Shown one piece after another: positions 7,515 through 18,775 of a stretch of DNA of 26,298 bases. The notes below the pieces were generated by a model. The model searched no databases and had not been told where the DNA came from. It was given only the letters and a program-made list of their open reading frames with translations. The stretch is from a virus. Its lineage: Duplodnaviria; Caudoviricetes. The stretch is taken from IMG/VR virus record IMGVR_UViG_3300028676_000031, positions 1-26,298 of that record; one strand, 5' to 3'. Each line of letters starts with the position of its first letter. The first letter of the stretch is position 1. The position numbers and the translations under genes were made by a program.

Positions 7515-8474
7515 ATGGCTAACGAATTAAGACAAGGTAAAAACGCATTAACAATTGTAGGAGCAATCAAAGAACACAAACTATCTAAGTTTGAAGGTAA
7601 GGACAAAGAAGGAAAGAGTCAAACATCAATAAATGGATCTTTTGTAGTTAAAGCAGGAGAATTTAAGGAAGTAGAAGTTAATGTATTTGTGGCTGAAAAA
7701 ACTAGTAAGGGGAAAAACAATAAAACCTTTGATGTTCTAAAATCAATTTTAGATGAAACCAATAAGACAATGGCAAATGCAAAAGAGGATGAAGTGGTTA
7801 CAAAAGTTAGAATTCAAGGAAGTGGTGACTTTACACCTCAATTTAAAGAAGATACTTATAAGAAAAAAGAGGGAGATGAAGTAGCAACAACAAATAAAAT
7901 AGATTTAGGTTACGGCAATGTAACAATTGACAATTCAATAACTGAAGATAAATACAAGGCAGAATTTGATGTAGAGATATATGTTACAACAGTTGAAGAA
8001 GAGTTAGACAAAGATGAAAATGAAACTGGTAGAGTTAAAGTAAAAGGTTGGTTGCCTGTTTATGGTGGAAAAGTAATCCCTATAAGTATGGTAGCTGGAA
8101 TGACTACAGACGATGATGGAGAAGAAATTAACATTGCAGAGGGTATATTAGACTCTGTAGAAGAAGGTGGTACATTCAATGCTTGGGGAGATATTAATTT
8201 TGAAAAAATAGTAGAAGAAATTAAAAAGGGTGGAAGTATTGGTAAAGCTAAAGTAGAAACAAAGAATACATATATAAATGAACTTGTTATTACTGGTGGA
8301 GATGTAGTAGAAGATGAAGAAAAAGAATTTGAGGAAGAATTAATTAAACAAGCTAAGTTGGAAAGAGATAAAGTAATAGAAGAAAAAAAGAATGAAGCAC
8401 CAAAAGAAGATAAAAAAAGCAAAGGTATAGGAAAAGGTGGAGACAAAGCTAAAAGAGAACGTCCTAAGTTTTAA
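7515..8474 (+). CDS. putative single-stranded DNA-binding protein
   Basis: Beta-strand-rich, acidic, charged tail ending in PKF; first gene of the replication module. Function inferred mainly from context. Confidence 0.55.
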   Translation: MANELRQGKNALTIVGAIKEHKLSKFEGKDKEGKSQTSINGSFVVKAGEFKEVEVNVFVAEKTSKGKNNKTFDVLKSILDETNKTMANAKEDEVVTKVRIQGSGDFTPQFKEDTYKKKEGDEVATTNKIDLGYGNVTIDNSITEDKYKAEFDVEIYVTTVEEELDKDENETGRVKVKGWLPVYGGKVIPISMVAGMTTDDDGEEINIAEGILDSVEEGGTFNAWGDINFEKIVEEIKKGGSIGKAKVETKNTYINELVITGGDVVEDEEKEFEEELIKQAKLERDKVIEEKKNEAPKEDKKSKGIGKGGDKAKRERPKF

Positions 8475-8483
8475 GCTAGATAC

Positions 8484-8501
8484 GAGGGTATTTTTACCCT
8501 C
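8484..8501 (+). terminator. intergenic stem-loop
   Basis: GAGGGTA-TTTT-TACCCTC; no U-tract. Confidence 0.45.
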
Positions 8502-8555
8502 AATAAATCAAATTAACAAAATAAAAATAAATTATGAAATGGAGAGATAAATATT

Positions 8556-9578
8556 ATGGCATTAGATAAAGAAATTGCAGAATTATTTCAAAAAGAATTC
8601 AGAGGAGATGCTAAAATTTCAAGGGTATCAGAAGATTTAAGAGGAAAAGCAATAGTAATATATGGAGGAAATAACTTAGGTAAAAGTTTACAGGCTTCAA
8701 GATTACCTAACCCAATATTTATGCCTTGTGAAAAAGGTCTTAACGCTATTAACGGAGCTTTAGTATTAAAGACTACTTCTTGGTCAGATTTAAAAAAGAA
8801 TGGTAAAAAGTTATCAAATAAAAAATTTACCAATGTGTTAAATGGTGGAGCACAAATAACATTGATTATAGATGGGTTTGAAAATATAGGAAAATATTGC
8901 AAAGCATATCTATGCTCTAAGTATGATGTTCCTACAATAAGTAAAGCCAATGATGGGTATGGAGCATGGGAAGAATACGAAAATCTTGTATGGGGTTTTG
9001 TAGATAATCTTTTAGGATTGGGATATACAGTAGTCTTTATAGGGCATGAAAAGTTTGATAAAAAGAAAGATAAATTTGTAATAAATGGAGATGAACGTAA
9101 CATCAAACCAATTAGAGATAATGCAGATATAGTATGCTATCTTGAATCTAATGGGTTGACAGATGATGGAGTTCCAATACATTCAAGTGCTAATCTTGCC
9201 GAAAGTAAAGATTTTTTTGCTAGAACAAGATTTAGTTACATGGATACATATATAGAAGATTTTACAGCAGAAAATTTAGAATCAACTATTGTAGAAGGTA
9301 TTAAGGCACAGAACAAAGCAGAAGGATATGATTCAGTTACTTTTCAAGAACAACAAGAAATTTATGAGGAAGAAGAGATAACATTTGAAGAAGCAATAGA
9401 GCAAATAAAAGAATTATATACGGAGTTTTCAAAGACAGAAACGTTAGAAGATGTATATATGGATATAGTTGCAGAGCATTTAGGAGAAAGTGCAGTAAGC
9501 GAAGCCACTCCTAAGCAATTAGAAGCGTTAGTGTGTATAAGAGATGATTTACAAGAAAAATTAGACGAAATGGAATAA
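8556..9578 (+). CDS. AAA_24/Sak4-like phage ATPase (SPbeta YorG-like)
   Basis: Walker A-like YGGNNLGKS, Walker B LIIDG, GYGAW, VFIGHE; position between SSB and helicase. Confidence 0.75.
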   Translation: MALDKEIAELFQKEFRGDAKISRVSEDLRGKAIVIYGGNNLGKSLQASRLPNPIFMPCEKGLNAINGALVLKTTSWSDLKKNGKKLSNKKFTNVLNGGAQITLIIDGFENIGKYCKAYLCSKYDVPTISKANDGYGAWEEYENLVWGFVDNLLGLGYTVVFIGHEKFDKKKDKFVINGDERNIKPIRDNADIVCYLESNGLTDDGVPIHSSANLAESKDFFARTRFSYMDTYIEDFTAENLESTIVEGIKAQNKAEGYDSVTFQEQQEIYEEEEITFEEAIEQIKELYTEFSKTETLEDVYMDIVAEHLGESAVSEATPKQLEALVCIRDDLQEKLDEME

Positions 9579-9581
9579 TAG

Positions 9582-9613
9582 AATACGGGGTAGGAGACTA
9601 TCCCGTATTTTTA
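9582..9613 (+). terminator. Rho-independent terminator
   Basis: AATACGGGGTAG-GAGA-CTATCCCGTATT 12-bp stem with a GNRA loop, followed by a T-run. Confidence 0.7.
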
Positions 9614-9630
9614 TAAAAAGAGGTGAATTT

Positions 9631-10137
9631 ATGGCAAAAGCAACTTCAGGAAAATGTAATATGTGTGGTAGTAAATTTTTAATAGAAGAATTGATAATAA
9701 GGAGTGGTAAAAAGTATTGTAGTGAATGTATTGAGATAAAAGACCAAGAAAATGAAGATTGGAGTACATTATATGAATACATAAAGGATATCTATAATTT
9801 TTCAACAGTACCGATTTTATTTATTACTCAACTTAATAAATTTAGAAAAGATGAGAAAAATCCATTGACAAGTATAGGTATGTACTATACTTTGAAATAT
9901 TATTATGAAATATTAGAGAATGAAATATTAGACGATAAAGGTGTTGGAATAATACCATATTACTATGACCAAGCAAGTAAATACTATTCAAAAGTATTTG
10001 ATTTGGAAGAAAAAGCAGAGTCATTTATATTTAAAGATAAAAAACAAATTATAAAAACAAAGAGATATAATACATATAATAAAACTAAAAAACAGATTTC
10101 ATTAAACGTATGGAGGACTGACAATGAAGAATATTAG
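9631..10137 (+). CDS. Zn-finger replication-associated protein (YorH-like)
   Basis: N-terminal CxxC...CxxxC-type Cys cluster; GMYYTLKYYY and GIIPYYY; overlaps the helicase start. Confidence 0.6.
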   Translation: MAKATSGKCNMCGSKFLIEELIIRSGKKYCSECIEIKDQENEDWSTLYEYIKDIYNFSTVPILFITQLNKFRKDEKNPLTSIGMYYTLKYYYEILENEILDDKGVGIIPYYYDQASKYYSKVFDLEEKAESFIFKDKKQIIKTKRYNTYNKTKKQISLNVWRTDNEEY

Positions 10138-11686
10138 CAAAAAACAAATTATGAAATATTATAACCCTCAAGCAAGTTGTCAAGTATTGGGTTGTTTAAT
10201 GAATAATCCTTCTATGATAAAAAGAAGAGAATATAATCTAAATCTTGAGGATTTTATAGGAGATAAGCATATATTATTATTCACTTGCATTTATAACTTA
10301 GTGCAACAGGGATTAAAAGAGATTGCTATAGGAGATATAGAAACATATTTATCTACAAATGATTTAAAAGGTCACGATTTATTTTTCAACAATGAACAAA
10401 ATTTTGAATGGCTGAATATGGTGTACGAAGATGCTAACTTGGGAAATTTTGAATATTACTATGGACTAGTTAGAAAAATGGCTCTATTAAGAGGATATCT
10501 AGAAGAAGGATTTGATATAAGAGATATCTTAGATATTGATGAAATAGACCATATAATTATAAAAGAACAGAATGAAAATTTAGACAATAAAACAATAGAT
10601 GATATAAAAAGACATTTTGATAAAAAAGCTATGAGAGTAAAGCAAAGATTCGATGATAGAGATGAAACCAATAAACGCAAATCTGGGGAAGGAGGAAAAG
10701 AATTAAGGAAATTGTTAAAAGAAAGTCCTAACTATGGTTTTAACTTAGAAAGTACATACTTAAATACTATTACAAGAGGAGCTTTACCAAAAAAATTCAT
10801 ATTAGAAACAAGAGATAGTGGTCTTGGAAAAACAAGAGTAGCTATAGAAAGGCTTATAGGTATATGTTCTCCTTATTTATGGGATTTTAAAACAAATAAA
10901 TACATAAAAAATCCAAATGGTCAAAATAATTCAGGGTTATATATAGGTACAGAAATGGAATTATATGAAGAATTAGAACCTATGATATGGGCTTTTATAA
11001 GTGGTGTAGAAGAGAATAAAATAAGAGATGATGAATTAACTGAGGAAGAAGAAACAAGAGTTGATATGGCAGTAGAATATTCTGACCAAATGCAGTTGTT
11101 TTTAGAGGATGAAGAAAATTATGATCTGTCTTATTTATGGTCTACTACAGAACAATATAAAGAAGACTATAACATTTCTGTATTATGTATAGATTATCTA
11201 GAATTAACCGCCAGTCTGATTGGAGAGTATTCACAATTAACTAGAGGAATGTCAGTAAGAGAAGACCAAGTATTGTTAAATTTATCAGCGAATATAAAAA
11301 ATATGAGTAAGAAATTTGATTTAACAATTTTTGGATATACACAAACTACAGATGAAGCAAGAAGAGATGGAGTTAGAGACCAAAGGGCAGTAAAAGGTGC
11401 TAGATCATTGCCTAATAAATGCGACGTCGGCATTACAGTGTTTGAACCAACAAATAAAGAATTGGAAATGATAGAACCATTAATTAAAAAATGTAAGGGA
11501 ATAAATAATACAATAACACCAAATGCTTGTTATACAATTTATAAAAATAGAGGAAATGTGCATAAAAATATAAAAATTTGGGGGTATAACAATTTAGGAA
11601 ACGGAAGATTTATAGACCTATTCTGTACTGATAAAAATTATAACCCTATGAATATACAAGAGACTTTTATTGAATTAGAGGGATAA
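10124..11686 (+). CDS. dnaB: DnaB-like replicative helicase
   Basis: N-terminal QVLGCLM.NP; Walker A SGLGKTR; YIGTEM; Walker B CIDYL; YTQ; KNR arginine finger. Confidence 0.88.
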   Translation: MKNISKKQIMKYYNPQASCQVLGCLMNNPSMIKRREYNLNLEDFIGDKHILLFTCIYNLVQQGLKEIAIGDIETYLSTNDLKGHDLFFNNEQNFEWLNMVYEDANLGNFEYYYGLVRKMALLRGYLEEGFDIRDILDIDEIDHIIIKEQNENLDNKTIDDIKRHFDKKAMRVKQRFDDRDETNKRKSGEGGKELRKLLKESPNYGFNLESTYLNTITRGALPKKFILETRDSGLGKTRVAIERLIGICSPYLWDFKTNKYIKNPNGQNNSGLYIGTEMELYEELEPMIWAFISGVEENKIRDDELTEEEETRVDMAVEYSDQMQLFLEDEENYDLSYLWSTTEQYKEDYNISVLCIDYLELTASLIGEYSQLTRGMSVREDQVLLNLSANIKNMSKKFDLTIFGYTQTTDEARRDGVRDQRAVKGARSLPNKCDVGITVFEPTNKELEMIEPLIKKCKGINNTITPNACYTIYKNRGNVHKNIKIWGYNNLGNGRFIDLFCTDKNYNPMNIQETFIELEG

Positions 11687-11689
11687 TAT

Positions 11690-12814
11690 ATGATTGATAG
11701 AGAAGAACTCTTACAATTAATTACAGAAGAAGATATTATACAGATTATGAATAATTTAGGTAGTGAATACATGAAAGATGAAGGAGACCATATAATTTTT
11801 GATGCCATATGTCATGGAAGTAATTCTAAAAAATTATGGTATTATAAAAATAGTGGATTACTGCAATGCTATAGTTGTTGTGGGTCTATGAGTTTATATG
11901 ACTTAATAATGAGTGTATTAAGTGTACCTTTTAAAGAATCTTTTCAATATGTGGCAAATTTTAAAGGTATAGATGTTCATGGAACTAAACCGAAAGGAAT
12001 TATAAAAAGAGAGAAAGAGAATACTGATTTAAAATTTTTAAGACTACATAGAAAAAAGATTGAAAAAAGGAATATAATATTACCTACATATTCAGAAAAT
12101 ATATTAAACGTATTTGATAATTATATGCCTTCAACTTGGTTTGATGAAGGCATACTCCCCAATATAGCAATGTATTTTGAAATTAAAATATATTTTAATC
12201 AAAATAAAGCTATCATTCCCCATAGAGATATCAATGGTAATTTAGTAGGGATAAGAAGTAGAAATTTTAATCATTGGCAAATAGATAGTGGAATGAAATA
12301 TATGCCTATAAAAATACAGGGACTAACCTATAAATATCCCATGAATTTTAATCTATATGGCTTATATCAAAACAAAGCAAATATAAAAAGATTTAAAAGA
12401 GTAATAATATTTGAATCGGAAAAAAGCGTGTTACTTTATGGAAGTATATATGGACAAGAAAATAATATAGCAGTTGCTACATGTGGGATGACGTTCTCAT
12501 TATTTCAAAGAGATTTATTAATTTCTCTAGGAGTTACGGAAATAATAGTTGCCTATGATATGCAATATGAGTTAGATAAAATAGATAAACAAAATAAGAA
12601 GAAGTGGGAAGAATATTGTGGATACTTTAAACGGTTAATTAAAATAGCAAAAATGACAATGGACTATTGCAATATATCTGCAATTAGTTGTTGGGACGAT
12701 AGAATAAACTATAAAGATTCTCCCATAGATCAAGGGAAAGAGATATTTGAAGAATTATATAGGGAAAGATTTTTAATAAGTGATATTAAAGAATTAGAGG
12801 AGTTGATTGAATAA
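11690..12814 (+). CDS. DNA primase (Zn-binding plus TOPRIM)
   Basis: ICH...CYSCC Zn motif; IIPHRD..G.LVGIRSR; KY; LYG; TOPRIM IFESEKS and AYD. Confidence 0.85.
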   Translation: MIDREELLQLITEEDIIQIMNNLGSEYMKDEGDHIIFDAICHGSNSKKLWYYKNSGLLQCYSCCGSMSLYDLIMSVLSVPFKESFQYVANFKGIDVHGTKPKGIIKREKENTDLKFLRLHRKKIEKRNIILPTYSENILNVFDNYMPSTWFDEGILPNIAMYFEIKIYFNQNKAIIPHRDINGNLVGIRSRNFNHWQIDSGMKYMPIKIQGLTYKYPMNFNLYGLYQNKANIKRFKRVIIFESEKSVLLYGSIYGQENNIAVATCGMTFSLFQRDLLISLGVTEIIVAYDMQYELDKIDKQNKKKWEEYCGYFKRLIKIAKMTMDYCNISAISCWDDRINYKDSPIDQGKEIFEELYRERFLISDIKELEELIE

Positions 12815-14604
12815 TGAAATATAAAGTATTAAATAAAGGATATTCAATAAATCAAGATGGAGAGTTATTGAATGTTTTATTAAAATCAAGAGGTGTTGAC
12901 AATCCTGATGAATTTTTAAATTTAAATGAGTCTTGTATACATAATGGAATGTTATTTCAAAACATGGATAGAGGACTTAATATGTTAAATTGGCATATAG
13001 AAAACAATAGTAAAATACATATAAAAGTGGATGTCGATACTGATGGTGTTAGTTCTGGAGCAGAAATAGGTTATTATATACATGATGTTAATGAAGATTT
13101 AGAAATAAGCTATTCTATGAATGAGGGGAAGAAACATGGAATAATTGTTGATACTATTCCAAAAGATATTCAATTATTGATAGTTCCAGACGCAGGAACA
13201 AATGATGTTGAACAATGTAAAATATTATCTGAAAAATATGATATAGATATATTAATTTTAGATCATCATCTAATAACAATAAAGAATCCATATGCGATAG
13301 TAATTAATAATCAAGATGGTCAGTATCCAAATTCCACTTTATCAGGAGCTGGAGTTGTATATAAGTTCTGTAAGGAGTATGATAAACAATATAGTTATGA
13401 TTATGCGGACGATTATTTAGACTTAGCTTCTGTAGGAATTTGTGGGGATTCAATGGATTTAAGAAACTATGAAACTAGATACTTAGTTCTTAAAGGATTA
13501 AATAAAATAAATAATAAATTATTAAAAGAAATACTAATTAAAAATAAAACAATTGAAACATTAGACGATGACGCAAGTATAAATATAAAAACTGTAGAAT
13601 GGGATATAGCACCTTGTTTCAATGCTACTGTAAGAAGTGGTAAGCCAGAAGAAAGATTAGATATGATTAAAGCCATTACAGGTCAAAAAGAAGATAGAGA
13701 ATATAAACCTAGAAAATCAAAAACTAATCCTAATCCTGAAATTGAAGTACATTCTATTCAAAAAACAATGGCTAGAGTTTTTACGAATGTAAGAAGTAGA
13801 CAAAATAAATTAGTGGCTAAAAGAATGGAAGACTTAATTAAAAGAATACAAGAACAAAATCTAGCAATAAATAAAATAATTATGGTAGACGCTTCAGATA
13901 TTATAGAAGAAACAACTTTTACAGGCTTGGTTGCCAATAAATTAGCTGATTATTATAAGAGACCAGTTTTAGTATTAAAACAAGTAAGAGAAGGTTTATT
14001 TGGAGGTAGTGGTAGAAATTTTAACTTGTCTCCTATAGAAGATTTAAATGAACTGTTATCAAGTACGAAAATGTTTGAATCTGTTTCGGGACATCCTAAT
14101 GCGTTTGGAATGAAGATAAAAGAAGAAAATATTAATAAAGTTACCAATTTACTCAATGAAGAATTAAAAGATGTTAAAATGGAGGACGTCTATACAGTAG
14201 ATTACGAAATTCCAGTGGGTAGATTAAAAGAAAAAGATATTGTACAAGTTGGTAGTTGGTGTGATATTTGGGGTGGAGATGGTTTGAAAGAACCTTTGTT
14301 TGCTATTACTGATATTTCTTTAAGTATAGAGGATATAAAATTATTAGGAGATAAACGAAATTTTATTAGAATAGAAAAAACAATTGGTAATAATAAAATA
14401 GTCTTTATTAAGAAATATACAAATGAAGATACCTATAATAAGATGATAATGAAGACTAAAACAGGAATAAGTAAAAAATCAGTAGGGAAAATCAAAATGG
14501 ATGTAGTAGGTAAATTTGTGATTAATGAATGGAATGACAATAAATATGGTCAAATTGAAATTGTGGATTTTAATGTTTCTAATTTAAAAGAGTTTAGATT
14601 TTAA
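12814..14604 (+). CDS. recJ: RecJ-like ssDNA exonuclease (DHH/DHHA1)
   Basis: DVDTDG, PDAG, LDHH, SGAGV, GSGR and SGHPNAFG motifs. Confidence 0.92.
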   Translation: MKYKVLNKGYSINQDGELLNVLLKSRGVDNPDEFLNLNESCIHNGMLFQNMDRGLNMLNWHIENNSKIHIKVDVDTDGVSSGAEIGYYIHDVNEDLEISYSMNEGKKHGIIVDTIPKDIQLLIVPDAGTNDVEQCKILSEKYDIDILILDHHLITIKNPYAIVINNQDGQYPNSTLSGAGVVYKFCKEYDKQYSYDYADDYLDLASVGICGDSMDLRNYETRYLVLKGLNKINNKLLKEILIKNKTIETLDDDASINIKTVEWDIAPCFNATVRSGKPEERLDMIKAITGQKEDREYKPRKSKTNPNPEIEVHSIQKTMARVFTNVRSRQNKLVAKRMEDLIKRIQEQNLAINKIIMVDASDIIEETTFTGLVANKLADYYKRPVLVLKQVREGLFGGSGRNFNLSPIEDLNELLSSTKMFESVSGHPNAFGMKIKEENINKVTNLLNEELKDVKMEDVYTVDYEIPVGRLKEKDIVQVGSWCDIWGGDGLKEPLFAITDISLSIEDIKLLGDKRNFIRIEKTIGNNKIVFIKKYTNEDTYNKMIMKTKTGISKKSVGKIKMDVVGKFVINEWNDNKYGQIEIVDFNVSNLKEFRF

Positions 14605-14605
14605 C

Positions 14606-14651
14606 AAAATATATAAAATGACTTGTAATTAAAATCAATAAGGAATATAAT
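14606..14651 (+). promoter_or_regulatory. sigma-A-like promoter of dnaE with AT box
   Basis: Box 14606-14619; TTGTAA 14623-14628; 17 nt; TATAAT 14646-14651. Confidence 0.65.
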
Positions 14652-14674
14652 GGTTTTAAAGGGGATGATTTTAA

Positions 14675-17600
14675 ATGAATAGTAAAACTATAACGAATGA
14701 AGATTTTGTACATTTACATTTACATACAGATCGCTCAAATCTGAGGCTTAAAGATTCGATAGTGAAAGTAGATGAAGCTATTAAATATGCTAATAAATTA
14801 GGTAACAAAGGAGTTACAGTAAGTGACCATGAGTGTATTTCTAGTCATGTAAAAGCAATCAATGTTGTAAATAAATTAAAGAAAGAATGTAAACTACCAC
14901 AAGATTTTAAATTGATTTTAGGCAATGAAATTTATTTAGTTAATTTAAATAAAATAAAAGAATTAAGACAAGAAAAAGAGAAAATAGTGTTTTATCATTG
15001 TCTTCTCATCGCTAAAGATAAAATTGGTCATCATCAACTACGACAATTATCTTCTAGAGCGTGGAAAGATAATTATTTCAATCATCGAGGTATGGATAGA
15101 GTTCCTACAGGATATGGAGACATAAATGATATAGTTGGAAATAATAAAGGTCATATAATTATGTCAACAGCTTGTATTGGTTCTTATATGGGGAATCTAG
15201 CTATTTCATTGATGCAAGAAGAAAATGCAGAAGAACAAAATAAAATAAAAGAGAAGATGTCAGACTTTGTAGAGTGGGCTTTAGATATTTTTGGTGAAGA
15301 TTTTTATTTAGAAATGCAACCAAATACGTCATCAGAACAAAAATTTTATAATGGTTTATTAGTTAAAATAGGTCAAGCCTATAATATTCCTTTGATTATT
15401 ACTACGGACGTTCATTTTATTAACGAAGATGTCCGAGAAGTACATAAAGCCTTTTTAACAAGTGATGATAGTGATGCAAATAGGGAAGTTGACTCTTTCT
15501 ATGAAACTACCAGATTCTTTGAAATAGATGAATTTTATGAGTATATGAATTATCTAGATAAAGATAAAATAACTGAAGCTATATTGAATACTAAAAAAAT
15601 AGCTGATAAAGTAGAAAATTATGATTTATTTAATGAAACAAAAATACCATTAACACCACTACCACCAAAAGAAGAATGGTATCCTATAAACATAGAAATA
15701 ATTAATAAATATAAAAATATGAGAGGCTTATATAATGATATTTATGAACATCATACATATTTAATACATAAAATTTTTGAAGGAATAAATTATAGAAAGA
15801 TACCTTTTGCAGAGATGAAAGAAACTCTAGACAGAATTGATTTAGAATGTGGTGAATTAGTTGGTATAACACAAAATTTAAAAGAACCAATGGGAGCATA
15901 TTTAACAACTATGCAAAAGAATATGGATATAATATGGAAAGTTAGTGTAGTTGGCTGTGGAAGAGGATCAGCAGTTGGATGGATAATTAATTATTTATTG
16001 GATATAACTCAGATAAATCCTTTAAAACAAGAAGGTATGGAGTTACAACATTGGAGATTCCTAACCGCAGAACGCCCAGATTTTGCAGATGTGGATATAG
16101 ATTACAGTGCACATTTAAAGAATAGTGTGTTTAAAGCCATTAAAAATTATTATGAATCAATTGGTGGAACTGCTGTTAGAGTAGCAACATTTAGAAAAGA
16201 AACAAGTAAAAGTGCAATCTTAACATCTTGTAGGGGGCTTAGAATCAATAGTGATATTGCACAATATATTAGCAGTTTAGTAAAAATTGAAAGAGGTTTT
16301 GTATGGTCTATTTCAGATATGTATTACGGAGATTCAGAAAAAGGTAGACAACCAATAACTGAATTTGTGAATATAATTGATAAGTATGAAGAAAAACATT
16401 TATTAAAAGCAATGTTAACTATAGAAGGTCTTATTAGTGGATGTTCTTCTCATGCTAGTGGGATTTTATGTTTAAATGAGCCTTTGGAAAATAAAAGTTC
16501 ATTTATGAGAACTCCAAGTGGAGAATTAATTACAGCCTATGACTTACATGAAGAAGAGTCATTGGGACATATTAAATTTGATTTCCTTTTAACAAATGGG
16601 ATTTCTTTATTACAATTATGTATTGAAATGCTTGTTAAAGACGGTTTTATGGAATGGCAAGGATGTTTAAAAGACACTTATAATAAGTACCTTTTACCAG
16701 AATACTTAGATATGAAAGATAAAGAATTATGGAATTTAATATGCCAAGGAAAATTAATGAATATATTTCAATTTGAAACTCCAGTTGGTAGTGTAGCTAT
16801 TCAAAAGTTACAACCTAGAAGTTTATTAGATTTAGCGAATGCGAATTCTCTTATGAGATTAATGAATCCAGATGGAGAACAACCTTTAGATAAATACATT
16901 AAGTTTAAAAACAATCCTCAATTATGGGAACAAGAAATGATTGATTATGGATTAACTGAAGAAGAAAGAACAATAATGCACCAACAACTAGACAATCAAT
17001 GTGGAGTTTGTTCAAATCAAGAATCCATGATGGAAATGTTTATGAATCCTAAGATTAGTAATTTTAATATTAAAGAAGCTAATCTTATTAGAAAAGCTGT
17101 AGCAAAGAAATCTCCAGAAGCTCTAGCAGAAGCAGAAGAATTATTCTATAAAAAAGGAAAAGAGTTAGGTACATCTAAAGTATTAATGGATTATTGTTGG
17201 AATGTACAAACAGGCTACCAGAAAGGCTATGGTTTTTCGCTTCTTCATACGGATGCCTACTCAACTATAGCTATACAAGAAGGGGAATTGTTTTTAAAAT
17301 ACCCTAGTATATATTGGTATACCGCTAATTTACTTTCTATGTCAGGTAGTTTAGAGTCAGAGGATGTAGAAGATGGATTATTCAAGTCTAAGGAACAAAC
17401 AACTAATTATGGAAAGACTGCAACTGCAATATCAAGAGTACAAGCTGAAGGAGTTGAAGTAACACCACCATACATAAATGAAGCAGACCAAGGTTTTGTT
17501 CCAAATGAAAAAGAAAATGTAATAGTGTTTGGATTAAAAGGTGTAACTAGCATTAATAATGATACAGTTAAATTGATTGGAGATAATAGACCATATAAGA

Positions 17601-18745
17601 ACTTAAAAGATTTTCATAATAGAATGGTAATGGTAAAACAACCTAAGATATTAAAAACAGGAAAAACACAAATGAAATCTTTAGTATCATCAACTCAAAC
17701 TATTACTTTAATTAAAGCTGGTTCGTTTGATAAAATAGAAAACAAGTCAAGAGAAGAGATCTTAGAAAACTATATTAGAGTATTAAATCCTAATAAGACA
17801 AAATTAAATTCTAAAGACATTTCAAAGATTTCTGAATTAGGTATTTTACCAAGTGAATATAAAGATTGTATGAGATATTACAATTTTAGAGAGTTTATAA
17901 TGCAATTCACAAAAATAAAAGATAAAGAAGTTAAATCTGTAGAATGGTTAAAAATAAAATGTGGTGAAGATACTGAATACACAACTAATTTCTTTTTAGA
18001 GAATTTTGCAAATGATATGATAGAAAATGTGGATTATAAATATGATGAAAATGGAATCTTATATGTTGCAGTAAAAACAAAAAGAAAAGGTTCTTTTGAA
18101 AATGTATATACTGAAAAAATACAACCTATATTAGATTGGTTAAGTACAGAAGAATGTCAAAACTTTTATAATAATGTAAGATTTGAGAATGTAAAAAATG
18201 AATTTATGTCAGGTAATGTATCTTCTTGGGAAATGGAATCTATGAATTACTATTATCATGAACATGAGTTATTAAAAGCAAATTTAGAAAAATATAACAT
18301 TAGAAAGTTTAATGAGTTACCAATTGAACCTGAAATAATTGGGTATACAAAGTACAAGAATATACAATATCCGAAATATGATTTATACAATGTGGCAGGA
18401 ACAGTATTAGATAGAGATAAAAATAAACATTTAGTAACTGTATTAACTACGGATGGAGTAATTACAGTAAAATTTTATAGTGGTCAATTTAGCTTTTATG
18501 ATAAAACTATTTCTATAGATGACGGAATTGATGAAAAAACAGGGAAAAACAAAAAGACAACTTTAGAAGAAGGATGGTTTAAAAGAGGTAATCTATTGTT
18601 AATAACTGGATTTAGACGTGAGGGTAACTTTTTCCCAAAGAGATATAAAAATAGTGTGGCTCAACATACAGTACAGTTAATTAGAGAAATAAAGGAAAAT
18701 GGAGACTTAATATTACAATCAGATAGAGTTAATATAAATTATTAA
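14675..18745 (+). CDS. dnaE: DNA polymerase III alpha subunit (family C, DnaE-type)
   Basis: PHP domain HLHLHT, SDHE, GNE, TTDVH; GRGSA; catalytic DVDID; HASG; KFDFL; IFQFE; GYGFS..H; C-terminal OB fold. Confidence 0.96.
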   Translation: MNSKTITNEDFVHLHLHTDRSNLRLKDSIVKVDEAIKYANKLGNKGVTVSDHECISSHVKAINVVNKLKKECKLPQDFKLILGNEIYLVNLNKIKELRQEKEKIVFYHCLLIAKDKIGHHQLRQLSSRAWKDNYFNHRGMDRVPTGYGDINDIVGNNKGHIIMSTACIGSYMGNLAISLMQEENAEEQNKIKEKMSDFVEWALDIFGEDFYLEMQPNTSSEQKFYNGLLVKIGQAYNIPLIITTDVHFINEDVREVHKAFLTSDDSDANREVDSFYETTRFFEIDEFYEYMNYLDKDKITEAILNTKKIADKVENYDLFNETKIPLTPLPPKEEWYPINIEIINKYKNMRGLYNDIYEHHTYLIHKIFEGINYRKIPFAEMKETLDRIDLECGELVGITQNLKEPMGAYLTTMQKNMDIIWKVSVVGCGRGSAVGWIINYLLDITQINPLKQEGMELQHWRFLTAERPDFADVDIDYSAHLKNSVFKAIKNYYESIGGTAVRVATFRKETSKSAILTSCRGLRINSDIAQYISSLVKIERGFVWSISDMYYGDSEKGRQPITEFVNIIDKYEEKHLLKAMLTIEGLISGCSSHASGILCLNEPLENKSSFMRTPSGELITAYDLHEEESLGHIKFDFLLTNGISLLQLCIEMLVKDGFMEWQGCLKDTYNKYLLPEYLDMKDKELWNLICQGKLMNIFQFETPVGSVAIQKLQPRSLLDLANANSLMRLMNPDGEQPLDKYIKFKNNPQLWEQEMIDYGLTEEERTIMHQQLDNQCGVCSNQESMMEMFMNPKISNFNIKEANLIRKAVAKKSPEALAEAEELFYKKGKELGTSKVLMDYCWNVQTGYQKGYGFSLLHTDAYSTIAIQEGELFLKYPSIYWYTANLLSMSGSLESEDVEDGLFKSKEQTTNYGKTATAISRVQAEGVEVTPPYINEADQGFVPNEKENVIVFGLKGVTSINNDTVKLIGDNRPYKNLKDFHNRMVMVKQPKILKTGKTQMKSLVSSTQTITLIKAGSFDKIENKSREEILENYIRVLNPNKTKLNSKDISKISELGILPSEYKDCMRYYNFREFIMQFTKIKDKEVKSVEWLKIKCGEDTEYTTNFFLENFANDMIENVDYKYDENGILYVAVKTKRKGSFENVYTEKIQPILDWLSTEECQNFYNNVRFENVKNEFMSGNVSSWEMESMNYYYHEHELLKANLEKYNIRKFNELPIEPEIIGYTKYKNIQYPKYDLYNVAGTVLDRDKNKHLVTVLTTDGVITVKFYSGQFSFYDKTISIDDGIDEKTGKNKKTTLEEGWFKRGNLLLITGFRREGNFFPKRYKNSVAQHTVQLIREIKENGDLILQSDRVNINY

Positions 18746-18775
18746 TAAAATATATAGAATAAAGGAGAAAGTATT

